Assembly (NCBI RefSeq): GCF_009914755.1
Contig: NC_060937.1
Source: the human T2T-CHM13v2.0 reference genome, Homo sapiens
Length of the DNA stretch: 64,000 bases
Strand: one strand, 5' to 3'
The notes beneath the pieces are model-generated. The model did no database searches. It was not told where the DNA came from and worked only from the letters and a program-made list of their open reading frames with translations. Shown one piece after another: positions 13,990 to 26,133 of this stretch; positions within the stretch are counted from its first letter, which is position 1; every line of letters begins with the position of its first letter. The position numbers were made by a program, and so were the translations under genes.

Positions 13990-14175
13990 CTGCAGTGAGT
14001 CAGCACATTAATGCTGACTCCACAGTTATCTGGATTAGAGCCGGCCTTGTCTGTGACCTGGACTCTCACTTTGCCCAATCCCAAGCGCTTGCAGAATGGC
14101 TGGCTGGCCGGAGCCCCCGCCAATTTGTTTTTCTGGCTTGCATTTCATTATTTAACATAAACCAGGAGTCAGTAC
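13990..14175. promoter_or_regulatory. Candidate enhancer: paired ARE/MARE-AP-1 sites in locally CpG-richer unique sequence
   Basis: TGAGTCAGCA 13996-14005 and inverted TGCTGACTC 14012-14020; also TGACCT, TTGCCCAAT, GCCAAT; five CpGs in ~160 bp. Confidence 0.5.
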
Positions 14176-14289
14176 TAAACCAGCCTTCTAGTTCTCATAT
14201 CTTTCATCATCCCAGAAATTGACAAAAACTGACAGAGTTGAGAGGATGTCTCATTTTACCTGCCAAATATTTCCTACCTTATACTCTAT

Positions 14290-14292
<3 letters not shown>

Positions 14293-14320
<28 letters not shown>
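14293..14320 (+). repeat. Poly(A)28 tract
   Basis: 28 consecutive A. Confidence 0.95.
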
Positions 14321-16263
14321 CTGACAATTTCAAAGCATTTTCAAAGCAGAAGATTTTAATGTATTGTTATTCTTGAGGATAAATCTTTCAGGATATTACC
14401 TTCCAGAATTTCTGATGTAACAGGAAAGAGTAAGATCAGTATCTGAAGCAGTTTCCACAGATAAGACTAGATCATTATATTTTTTAAAGATATGTACATG
14501 GACATCAGCTTGTTCTGGGCTCTCGCATATATCTACTACAGTGTCAGACACCTACCAAGTGCTTAATAAGTATGAATTCTTAGCTTTTCCTTCAGGGTTT
14601 TGGGTAAGCCTTTGCAATTCCCAAGTCGAAAGTCAGCAAAACGTTATATATCAAACAAAAGAAACCACCTCACCTACAACAATGGGCCTGAGACTCAGCA
14701 GGATGAGAAATATCTTTTTATGAATACAGTTTTTAAAATATGGAGCCACCCCACATAATAAACAGCAGGACAGGTCAAGTATTAGACACAATGAATGACA
14801 ATGGGTGGCTTGGGCGTGTCTTCTGAACACAGTGGGCCATAGCCATGGTCCTCATTTCTTTCTAATTGGCACATGTGACATCTGGACCTCTCTATTAGCC
14901 TGAAGTCACAGCACTTTGTGCAGGAACCACAGATTTAAAGAGACCTTGGTATGTATTCATAAGGCTGAAATGAAGATCACATCTGCGCAACTCCACCAGC
15001 CCTTTCCTCAAAGTCTCTCCAGGATCGATGATTAAGGAAAGCAAGATGATTGACAGGTAGTACTACAAGGATTAGCAAATTGCAGCTCCCTTCTCACCAC
15101 CCCACTGTCTGTCCATCTCTGGTATCCATTCCTGCCTCTCACCTCCCAACTACCAGGCTCCGTGTTTCTTCCCCTAGACAAGATGATGAAAGCAAGAGAT
15201 CAGGTATTCAAAATTGCCATGAAGGCTCTCTCTTCCTTGCCATGCCATCCCTGGCATCTTGTCAGTTGGCTTCCAAGTTTCAGCATTCACTCTGTAAAAT
15301 GAATTAATTTATGTGAAATTTGCTGATAGATGCAGGATCAGCACTCTCAAAAAATGACAAATCTTCCTGATGGAATTTGTCTTTTAATTGTCTTCCCTTG
15401 GAGAATACATATTTTCACTCTCCCTATTGCTACCATAGGTACTGCATTTGTCCTGATCAGCACAGTAACATAAAGAGGCCGTAGAGAAGGCATATGGCCG
15501 GCTGCACTTTTCATTTCCTGGTTCTCTGTTGACAGTATTGCTTATTTCCAGATGGATAAATAGTTTGCACCTTAATGTAATCAAAGACTGAAAAAAAGAT
15601 GCCACTTGAAAAACATTTGAGAAAAGAGAAAAGAAGGGGAAAATAGGCCTCTGAGGTGGTATCTATAATGTGGTACTGAATTTCACTCTATCTTCACAAA
15701 CAATAAACCTCATGTTTTATAACATTTTACTGAAGCATTATTTTCTAATAAATCCCCTTTTGTTTTGATTCTTGTTGCTGTATAATAAGCAAAGAAGAAA
15801 AGAACAATGGCTGGAAATTCTGTCTGTGTGATTTGAAGTGCTCTCACTTGCATGCTGAGAAGTGTTATAACGAATATTTTTGGCATCAGCTGATGATAGC
15901 AGCTTGGTACTAGCAGCACTTGATTCAGAATGTCATATGATACAATAATACACAAATTGAGTGCACAGAGGGGGAAAAATCATGCAACCTGTCATAGGTA
16001 CAGCGATATTCCATGAGTATTCAGGGCTGGAGATGTAGAAGTAGAAACCTGAAATCTGAAATATGAAAAAAATGAACAAACACTTAACATCCACAAATAC
16101 CAAGCAAAAATTAACAAATGAAACATAGCAGTTGTTATGCAATCATAATACAAGAGGCTTCTCTAGTCAAAATCTTATGGCATAAATCTATGAATGATCT
16201 GCTACAACTAAAGTACTCAAGTCAATGGGAAAACATATTTATTCAAATAAAATGTCTTTTCTA

Positions 16264-16401
16264 TGACTTTTTAACAACTAATTTTCTTAAAATAACAGGC
16301 CTTTTCTCCATTGCTTAATCTTCATCTTCCACTGACTTTTTAACAACTAATTTTCTTAAAATAACAGGCCTTTTCTCCATTGCTTAATCTTCATCTTCCA
16401 C
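16264..16401. repeat. Perfect tandem duplication, 69 bp x2
   Basis: tgactttttaacaactaatt...ttcatcttccac at 16264-16332 and 16333-16401. Confidence 0.97.
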
Positions 16402-16789
16402 TGCTTTTTTCTAGAAGACTGTTTGGTCCAAAAAAAAAAAACAAACACATCCTGAATGATTAGGAAAACTACTAGGACTGCTTTATTTAAAAATTTATTT
16501 AATATCAGCAGGGAATTTATTTCATGTTATCTCTAAAAATAAACACATTCTAAATATTAACTCCAGGGGCATTCTTTTAACCCCGTGGCATCCACTTGGC
16601 TTGAACTCTGTCACTTGTGTTTGAATATTTGAGTGGTTGCTGGGAACTAGATTGTCAATTTCTGTTTGCCCTCCCCTCCTTTCTTATTTCCACTATTTCT
16701 CCAGTGGTCAAAATAGCTGTTTCCTTCTGATAATATTAGTGAAATTTTTCTAGTTTCACTTTTCCCTAGTCTATATAGTTAGACTGCCA

Positions 16790-16960
16790 TTGTCCAAGTT
16801 CTGGCTCCCTCAGAACCATCTGTGTGACCTCTATCAAAAGACGGCTCTCTCAGTGCCTCAGTTTCCTGATCTACCTCCTGAGGTTACCGTGAGGACTAAA
16901 TGAGTTACAATAGCACTTAGAACAATGTCTGGCACAGAGTAAGCTCTGTGTTAATGTTCT
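16790..16960 (+). mobile_element. MIR
   Basis: 'ctgtgtgacct...tctctcagtgcctcagtttcctgatct...gtgaggactaaatgag...gcacttagaacaatgtctggcacagagtaagc'. Confidence 0.8.
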
Positions 16961-17472
16961 CAACTTGAAAATTGAAGTGATTTCATTGTGAATGCTATTA
17001 TTCAAAATATTTTAAAATACCTACTTTGATTTGTTTTTCTCCCATCAGTTTGTGGATTACTTTACTTTAAGTAGTTGGTATGATTATTTTAAGTTGGCCA
17101 CCCATAGGAGTTTAAAACCAGAAAGAACCATAAAAATCATGTTGTCCAACTTCTACAGGAGGTTCTTCATCATTATGATTATCACCAGGCATTTGTTCCT
17201 CAGTTAGTTATACTTCTTATCGATTCTGGTGCCACTGGAGCGCATTTTTATCTAAGCTCGGGGCATGGAGATGTTCTCAACCGTATCTACAAATTCACTT
17301 TCGTCTCTGTCCCTCTCATCAACATCTTCTGAACAGTAAAGATCATCACTCCACCATGCACTGTGATATCTAATGGTTCGTGGTGTAGGCAAAGAGGATT
17401 CCTAGTTACTCTAGACTTTTCCTTGCCCCTTAGCAGCCTTAAGTTTTTTTCTTGTCCTTTGACTTGTACGGT

Positions 17473-17522
17473 ACTGTGTGGTTTGTGATACCTTTGCACT
17501 GTGTGGTTTGTGATACCTTTGC
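17473..17522. repeat. Perfect tandem duplication, 25 bp x2
   Basis: actgtgtggtttgtgatacctttgc at 17473-17497 and 17498-17522. Confidence 0.95.
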
Positions 17523-19039
17523 ACAATTATTACACAATGGATCCTAAAACCAACTTTCTAAAGGTCGGCGAAGCAGGCATAATTATTCCCTCATTCTCCC
17601 TCAGGGCACTGAAAATCAAAGGCTAGGATCTTGCCTGAGATTACAGAATTAGAAGTACCAGAGAGAAACATAAAGTCCAAGTCTTAGGATTTTCTCTCCA
17701 AAGGTTTTTTCACAGCACCACATTGCTTTTACCCAAAACACATTGCTTCATACAACCATATTAGCAGAAGCAAATACCTCCGCAATGGGCAGCGACCAAG
17801 AAAATGACAGAAACGATAAAATAATGTCTGAATGGGCAGTAAAATATTTACACCATTCAGCAGCTCTGGGTCAAGTTCACACTGAGGCCATCCAGATGAT
17901 GCAGAGATTGCGAAAATAGATTCCTGAGTTCCCTATCCATCCAAAATGGAGTTGAAAAATAAAGTCCCTTTGAACTATAGAAGAAAAAAAACAGAAGAAT
18001 TGACCTCAGTCGTGTTGCTCCTTAATGTTGGTTATGTAGAACTGAGTTTGCATTGTCAGGACCACTGTTTCTGTTCCTTTTGGAAGGTTAGAAAACCATT
18101 GTTATTTGTATATTTCAACTCTACAATTAAAAGTTTTGCATCCCCTTCAGATATTTAGGTAAAATGAAGTTGGTGTGACATTTCTCATCATGTCTCCCAG
18201 GCCCACAAAGAAAACAGATGGTCTCTGAGTTCTAGAGATCTCTTTGTGTTCTATATTAAAATGTTTTCCAATAGATTGACATAGTGTAGGAGTCTGGCTC
18301 TTCATTAAAAAATTGTTTCTTAGGATTTCTGCAACTTCTTCTGAAAAGTATAAGATTTTGAGTTATCGTGGTTTGCAGCTTGGTGCACAAAACCCCTCTG
18401 CACACCGTATTGGAATCACTTTGCATTTTTGGGGTGGTCTGCAGAATAGGGCAATGGACTTATGGACACTTCATTGGCCTTGATAATCCCTGATGTACTG
18501 CAAGGCAATTAGCAACTAAATTTTTGCTAAGTGCACTTAAGAGTAATAAGAAAAATTAAAATGTCATCAAAATGCTAACCACAGATTCAACTAAAACTGA
18601 ACCAAAGAATGGCATATTTAGTCTTGAGCTTGAAGACCTAAATCACACAACTATAGAAGCACAATTGTGCATCCATAGTTCTCCATTTCTCCTTCCAAAC
18701 CACTTCCCCCAGAAAAGCAGCTTTGGAGACTGTCTTTACTTCAGTTAGATGCTAAAGCTCAAGAAATGTGAAACAACCCAGGGAAACTAGAATTCAGCAG
18801 CAGTGCTAAGACAAAATTAAGTGCACTCCTTTCAGCTATTCATGAAATCCTCATAAAGAGGCCAAACTATTGCATTCTATCATGGAGATAACATAGCTGA
18901 AATAATTTACATGTTTCCATTTTAGTGTAGTAAATCACCCCAGCATAAAAATCACACAAATATAGCAGAAGTTATCTTACCCATGATCTACCTACTAGAA
19001 TCATTTAATCAACAACAACAACAACAAAAAAAGTAATTT

Positions 19040-19620
19040 TACAGTGGAATAACATGACTATGCTAGCTCAGACAGGTGCTCAAAGTCAACATCAATGGTG
19101 ATAAGTCATACTGATAGTATTGGTAGATAACCTTCAAGTGATGGGAAAAGGTGGCATTTTACCTCGGATTTTCCTCCCCCCAGAACCCATAATACTCTTC
19201 TAAACATGAAGAAAATATCAGACAAATTCAAATTGAAGAACATTCTACAAAATACTTGAACCAAAGCTCTTCAAAACTGTTCAGGCCATCAAAAACAGGG
19301 AAAGTTTGCAAAGCTGTCACAGTCTAGAGGACCCCTAAAAAGACAGACGACTCAATGTAACATGGTATCTTATATGGAAAACTGGAACAGGAAAAGGACA
19401 TTAGGTAGAAACTAATGAAATCCTAGTAAATTGTGGGCTTTAGTTAGTAATAATGTATCAATATTGATTCATTAGTAGTTATGACAAATGTAACATACTT
19501 ACATAAGAGGCTATGTAAGAGGAAGCTGGGTGTGGGATATAATGAGAACTCTGTACTCTCTCTGCAACTTTTCTGTAAATCTAAAACTATTCTGAAATAA
19601 AAGGTTTATTACAAATAAAA
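19040..19620 (+). mobile_element. Old L1 3' end (L1MC/L1MD-like)
   Basis: 'caaagtcaacatcaatggtgataagtcat...tggaacaggaaaaggacattagg...gcaacttttctgtaaatctaaaactattctgaaataaaaggtttatt'. Confidence 0.85.
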
Positions 19621-19844
19621 AAGGGCATAGGGGTTCATGCTTATAATCCCAGCACTTTGGGAGGCTGAGGCAGGAGGATTGCTTTAGCCCAGGAGTTTGA
19701 GACCAGTCTGGGCAATACAGCAAGATCCTACCTCTATAAAAAAAAAAAAACAATCAAAAAATTAGCAGGGCATGGTGGTGTGCATCTGCAGTCCCAGCTA
19801 CTTGGGAAGCTGAGGTGGGAGGATGGCTTGATCCCAGGAAGTCA
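19621..19844 (+). mobile_element. AluJ, right arm truncated, sitting in the L1 A-rich tail
   Basis: 'taatcccagcactttgggaggctgaggcaggaggattgctttagcccaggagtttgagaccag' (AluJ diagnostics); homology stops after 'atcccaggaagtc'. Confidence 0.9.
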
Positions 19845-22329
19845 TTAATGACTGCATTATTAAATGAACCAAAACTATTTTTTATCTCTTCTGTTTTACA
19901 GTTCAATGTGATGGTGCCCGTGGAAAGCTGGCCACAGTGGCTGGGATGCCCTCACAGAATGTGCATGCAGGGAAGTTCTCGTCTCAACAACACATGGCCG
20001 TAATTTTGTTTATACACATTGTACTGTTGCAGTGTAAGAATTTTTGAAATCACAAGTATAATTGCAAAAGACAGAGTTATTTCTATGAAAAATGGATTGG
20101 ATGATTTGGCAAAACCCGGTAGAGGCAAATGTCTAAGAGTATTTATTTAAGTACATGTGTTCTCATGCCATAAACGACTGGGGGAAAAAAACTCATGAAA
20201 ATCAAGAAGGATGCTGCACTCAGCTTGCTTATGTTCTTCAAGTTCTGCTCCACTTAAAAACACCAAAATTAGAAATCATAGATCGTGGGTGTGATTTCTG
20301 CAGGAACTCAGATCAGTTCAACCCTAATCAAAGAACACAGGGTGGAGCTATCTCAAAGTACTGATGAATGAGCATTTATATATTTAATATAAAATAAAAT
20401 GTTCAAGGCATGTGTGTATCATTTTTAATAATTGTCCTGTTTTACTCTCTATTTTTGTGAATTTATCTTTTCAATTAACCAGTTGCTCCTGATCCCAATT
20501 GACTAACGAAGACATTCTATTGAAGGTGATTTTTCATTTTACCTTTTATGTGTTAGTATTTTACAGTATGTCTTTTACCATATGTCCTTTATTTGGTAAG
20601 TTCCGGTTTTTATTTTACACTGTTTTATAATAAATGCGTTGTGCACTTCTGTCACCTTTTTTTCCCTGGTGGACTCTAGACACAAGGGTGATTGCCTAAT
20701 TATACTGTGCTGCTTATAAGAAGCAGATTAGTTAAGTGGCTTCTTAGATGAACAGTGCAAAGTGCCACATGAAAGCTGGAGGAAAAATATCCCCAAGAAC
20801 AAAAGAGCTTTAAAATGTTGTTTTATTTTTTAAAATTCCGGTGTCTGAGAAAACATCATTTCTTCAAAATTAAGTGACTCTATTTTCTAAGAACTCTTAA
20901 GTAGGAGCGAAGATGAGAACTGAATAAATGTGATGTGCTTCTCTCTTGGCCTCTAGGTAATAAATTCTGCACTATACAGATTACACTAGACGTGAATCTG
21001 TTTCTTGTTTTATGCTGAGAGCAAGATCACTAAGACATACTTTACCTTCCTTAACAGAATCTATCTTTCTCAATGATGGTGATAAAGCAGATTTTTCTAC
21101 ATTGGTAGAAAACTCATTCTAATCGAAGTTGAATAGTTCCAAGCTGTTAGAATTTTCTAAGCAAAAGAATAGCAAGATGCTCCAAGGATACAACAAATGA
21201 AATTCAACGGTTATTTACAAATTCAGCTGTTCACCGAAAACGAAAAGCTTCTTAAAAAATTAGGGTGGTTGAGTCTGAAGTATGGTTTGGAGAAGTGATT
21301 TTTTTAAATAGGGTATTTATAAAAATATACTTGAGAAACCAATCCAGGGGAGTCAAAATGGATGCAACCAAACCTTAAGAATATAAAGCAGTGCAAACAA
21401 TCCAAAAGCAGTGCTTCTTAGGATTAAGCCATGTGCACATTTAAAGGTTAGGAGAATTTCAGCGTGTGGCTTGGCTGGACCTTTTCTGTTTCCATTACGA
21501 TCATACTATTGTCAGAAATCCCAGCTAGCAAGCAGGCAAGAGATCATGAGGAAAATCAAACAGGAGTAGAACCACTGGGGCTGCCTGAATTTCTACCTGC
21601 ACCTTTCCCGATTTAGGCAAGGAGACTTGGCTGGACAGCGGGAGGTGGAGAGGGAAAGGGATGGTGACAGAAGGAAGGAGGAGGCCCCGGAAGCGAGGTC
21701 TCAGGATAGCATAGGCTCCCTGTTTCTTTTCCTTTCTTTGCTTCCTACAAGCATTAACCTTGAGCCTAAAAGCACAATATGAGGAAATAAGCAAACAAGA
21801 TGAGGGGCAGCACCAAAGAAATGCTCTAGGCCCTAGGAAGGTTAGATTTTTGAGAACACATCAACTTGGGTAACACAAAATATGAGTAAAAACAAATATG
21901 AGAGAAAAACATATATGTAAACTGAACACAAAAATTGAATTGAACCATTAAAAGTTCGCTGATCTTATCCCTAAACAAACTTCTGGGATATGTGTATTTC
22001 ATCATTCGTGTGTTTGAAATTAAATTTTATTTAACTGGTATTTTTAAGCTAACTGTTCTACCACCAAAATCAGTTTTAAAATACACTTCTAGTTTCTGCT
22101 ACATTCTCATATAATTTAAAATCAGCCGTGTGAAGAAAATACAAACCTTAGATTCAAAGCCTAGAATCAACTATATACCTAAAATATACCAGAACTGATT
22201 GTTTTATAAATGAGCAACAGTGAGCATTCTTCTCTTTAGAACCTGGCTCATAACTCATCTCTCCCACCAACCTTCTTGTTGCTTCCTCAAATCTTCCCTT
22301 CTCTCCAGCTGAAAACTACAGCATCATCA

Positions 22330-22760
22330 TACATATCTGCCTTCTTCTCATGTTAAATGTAATCTATGCCTCGAGAATCTCACCTAATACCTGCTGGACA
22401 TTTCTAAACAAATGTCCATATGTACCCCCCTCAGCAAATTATTCAACAGCTGAAAAGTGTCTTTCTCCAGATTTGACAGTCTTGTTGTATTCCCTAAAGA
22501 AGTTAATGCCAACCTCATCCTCTCAGTTGCTCAAGAGCAAAACTTCTACATAATCTTCTATAACCCTTTCTCCCTGGCCCCTCATCTCTAATCAGTTACC
22601 AAAGTGTGCCCAATCTATCTCCGTACGGACTATAATTTACAACCCCATCAGATTTTAAGCTCTATCATAGTAAGAATATTAGATTTGTTTGAAATACTGT
22701 ACCCATTACCCAGTACCATATCTGGCACAAGAAGATACACAGTGCATATTTGTTGACTAA
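22330..22760 (+). mobile_element. L2 fragment
   Basis: 'cctctcagttgctcaagagcaaaac...catctctaatcagttaccaaag' and 3' end 'cccagtaccatatctggcacaagaagatacacagtgcatatttgttgact'. Confidence 0.65.
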
Positions 22761-22928
22761 AGTTATATATTACTATATCTAAAGGCAATTATTTTAGTTG
22801 TTAGCCTTTATATTTCACATAATCACACATGAGAGGATTTTCAGGGATCTTTTGCCCATCACAGAACACTGATCTAAATTTGCTTATATTCCCTGTTTTC
22901 CTGACGCCCCAAAGTCCTTACCAATATG

Positions 22929-22946
22929 CACACAGACACACACACA

Positions 22947-22981
<35 letters not shown>
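22929..22981. repeat. Interrupted (CA)n microsatellite
   Basis: cacacagacacacacacacacacatacacaca... Confidence 0.95.
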
Positions 22982-22985
<4 letters not shown>

Positions 22986-23599
22986 AACCTTAACAACATT
23001 TCAAATTGATAATCACTATATAGAAATTATTTTTAAAAGAAAAAGGCTATTAGGCTATTATCTTTTTTTCATCTTCTAGGCTTTCCTCAAAATAAAGTGG
23101 AAAATTGGCAAGCAATGAGTCAATTTGATAAAATGTAAACAGTCAAATGAAATAGATCAGGCCAAATGCTTTATTGAAATATTTAGTTTCATCCATCTAC
23201 TTAATTGACAAAATTGGCCATATTGTTAAAAGTTTAATTTATCTCAGCCTTGCTGATATATCTATAATCAAAAGCAGCATTTTGGAATGGAATAGTTCCT
23301 TATACATATTTATATGGAGTTGACTTTTTAAAAAGAGTTTTCAACAAAATTTCACATAATGTAGCTGATGTATAATGACTAAGAAAAATAGGAAAACACA
23401 ATTCAATTGACAGTTATGAATTTCCTACTTTGCAGACAATAAAACCTGCTAAGAGTATGTTGGAAACACCAAATAAAACATGGGCTCCTCAGCTATTGGG
23501 GTAGGTAGATAAAAATGTAAATTAATAAAGGAGGTGGATTATAGTCCATGACAAAGTGGAAAAACAGAAAGCTTTGACTTCTGAGCTTCTGTCCTCTCC

Positions 23600-23841
23600 C
23601 TCTTGCCCTCTCATCTTGCTTTACCCATTCCCTCTTGAACTTGGACTTACCAGTCAGGACTCACTCCACCTCTGCATGCATGCAGATGAGCACACCTGAG
23701 GGGAAACAGGCAGCTCCACAAGCACACTTTTCTTCAATCTATGACGACTAACCTCAAGTGCGCCTTTAGTGCTGGAAGGCAATCTTACAGTATTCCCTGG
23801 AGATCATTCTATACCTCCTTTCTTCTCAAATCTTCCTGTAC

Positions 23842-23886
<45 letters not shown>

Positions 23887-25510
23887 TACTCTCAGATAAT
23901 GGTTTTACTTCTGCCTTCACTGAGAAAGAAAGGAAGTGTCATCGGAAGAACACATGCCCACCACCATATCTGACAGCCACCTGCCTCTGTGTCCAGACAC
24001 TCTGTCTTCCTTTCTGCTACTTTTGTCAAAATGTCCACACTTTTAGATAGGGCCTCCTCCTCCACCTGTATCCCAGATCCTTCCTCACACTGCTTGTTCA
24101 AGAGCATTACCACAGCAGTTTTTCTCCTTGAGTATTCTTTGCTTTCTTACCAGATTAAGGAGAATTCAAAAGGTTTTTAAAATACTATATCTAGCATATT
24201 GAATTGTTTTCTGCAGAGCATTGAATGGAGTGCCAGTTAACCATGTTGGAGATATATTAGTGGTTAATCCTCAGTTACATCTCACTTGATCCATCAGCAG
24301 CGTTTTATACAATTAATCTCCCCTCTTTATTAAAACACTCTTCCATGTGGCTTCAGGAATCATGCTTGCTCATTCCTCCCATCAGATGTTTTTCCAGGTT
24401 CTTCCTCAAATCCCTGTGCTGTAAAGATCAGCCTGCCCAACAGTCCAGCTCCAAACCAGGCCTTGTCACTATCTATACTGATTTCCAGGTGGAGCCATGG
24501 ACTCAGTTACTAACAACTCCCAAATTTACATCCCCAATCCTCACCCTGTGCCCCAAATTCCAGACTCAGAAATCCAACTCTCTGCTCACCACCTCCACTT
24601 AGACATCTCTTAAAAGCTTCTTAAATGTTGCATGTCTGAACCCAGACATTTGCTCCCAACTGCCAGATATCTTCCCACAAACTCCCAAACTCAGTGATAA
24701 CTCTCTCTGCCCAGTTGCTCAAGCCAAAATAACTCGAATGATCTTTGACTCCTGTCAAGTCTACTTCCAGCATATGTCCAGAATCTGACCTCTCTCTACT
24801 CTCTCCACCAAAACCACCCTTGTCCACCCAACCATTATCTTGTGCCTGCACAATCTCTAGTATTTCATTCTAAATCTGGCCCCTGCCATCTATTCCTACA
24901 CAATAGCCAGAGTGGTCCTTATAAAACATAAGTCAGATCCTGCCACTCCTTCACTCAAAACCCTTCAGTGTTTTCCTGTCCCCTAGGAGTTAAAGGCAAA
25001 CCCCTCACTATGTCCTACAAAGTCCTAAATGAGCTGCCCCCAGAAGAACATCCTGCTTCTCTGACATCATCTCCTACCACTTTCTCCCCGACTCACTCTG
25101 CTCCACCCAAAGTGGACTTCTTGATGTTGCCCAAGCCAGGAATGCTCCCACCTCGGCATCTCTGCGCTGGCTGCTCCCTTTGCCTAGACTGTCTGTGTTC
25201 CCCAGACACCTGTATGCTCTTTCTGCCACTCTTTCTGTCCTCTGGGCAAATGTCAGTGAGGATTTCCTTAACCATCCTACACAAAACAGCATCTGCTCCA
25301 CAGTGAAAGCACTTGCTCTCCTCCTTTTCTGTTTTATTTTCTTTATAGAATTGATCACCATCTTAAACACTTTGTATTGTTGTGCTTACTTTATGGTTAT
25401 AAACACACCATGAGGATGGGGATTTGATCATTTTTTTCAGTTCTGTTTCACAGATTTCAAAACTATAAATAAAAGGAAATCAATAAAGAATTGCCAAATG
25501 AATAATTGAG
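23600..25510 (+). mobile_element. Long fragmented L2 (L2a-like) remnant
   Basis: 'ctcccaaatttacatcccc...ttccagactcagaaatccaact...ctccacttagacat', 'gccagagtggtccttataaaacataagtcagatc', 3' end 'caataaagaattgccaaatgaataa'; 5' bound uncertain. Confidence 0.8.
23844..23884. repeat. (CA)20 microsatellite
   Basis: Perfect CA run. Confidence 0.97.
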
Positions 25511-25549
25511 TGGAAATTTTAAAAAGATATTTATATGAATAATCAAATC

Positions 25550-25740
25550 TAACATTTATTGGGTGTTTGCCATCTATCAGGTTCATTCAGTATTTTGCAG
25601 GTACTGTAAACTCCAATTTTACAAATAAGAAAGTTAGGGCTAACAGAAATCAAATAACTCACCAAATGTCCCACAGCTATAGCTAGTATGTGGTGGACTT
25701 GAGACAGACACTCAAGCCTGCTTCACTTCACATCCCAACC
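25550..25740 (-). mobile_element. MIR
   Basis: 'aacatttattgggtgtttgcc...aattttacaaataagaaagttagggctaacagaaatcaaataactcaccaaatgtcccacagcta'. Confidence 0.7.
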
Positions 25741-26108
25741 CATTGTTTTTCTAAATTGATTCCATGTATCTTATGGTTGTGTCACTGCCACGAACCTAGA
25801 TAATGACCTTAGTGTACATTAAACACTTAATAAGCATCTGCAATTAGTGTCTTTAAAATTCAAACTGCACACAGTAGGTAAAGCACTGAATGATAACTTA
25901 TCAGATTCAAAAAGCTGTGTAGCTTGCTAAGCAACAAATTTACCAACAGCGATTTTAGACAATTAGTATATCTTTATTCATTGCTAAATGAATGCTGTGA
26001 CTTTGGAATTAGCATATCTTCAATTTAGCCCTCAAAAGTTGGTTGGTGTTTATTGATGCAAATGTTCAAGTTATTAAAATCAGTTTGCCAAGTCACTACT
26101 GAACCCAA

Positions 26109-26133
26109 ATCATCATCATCATCATCATCATCA
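26109..26133. repeat. (ATC)8 microsatellite
   Basis: atcatcatcatcatcatcatcatc. Confidence 0.9.

Noticed and set aside
16264-17522. Direct repeats as a CRISPR-like or other prokaryotic array
   Set aside because: Only two adjacent copies each, no spacers, and the context is primate DNA
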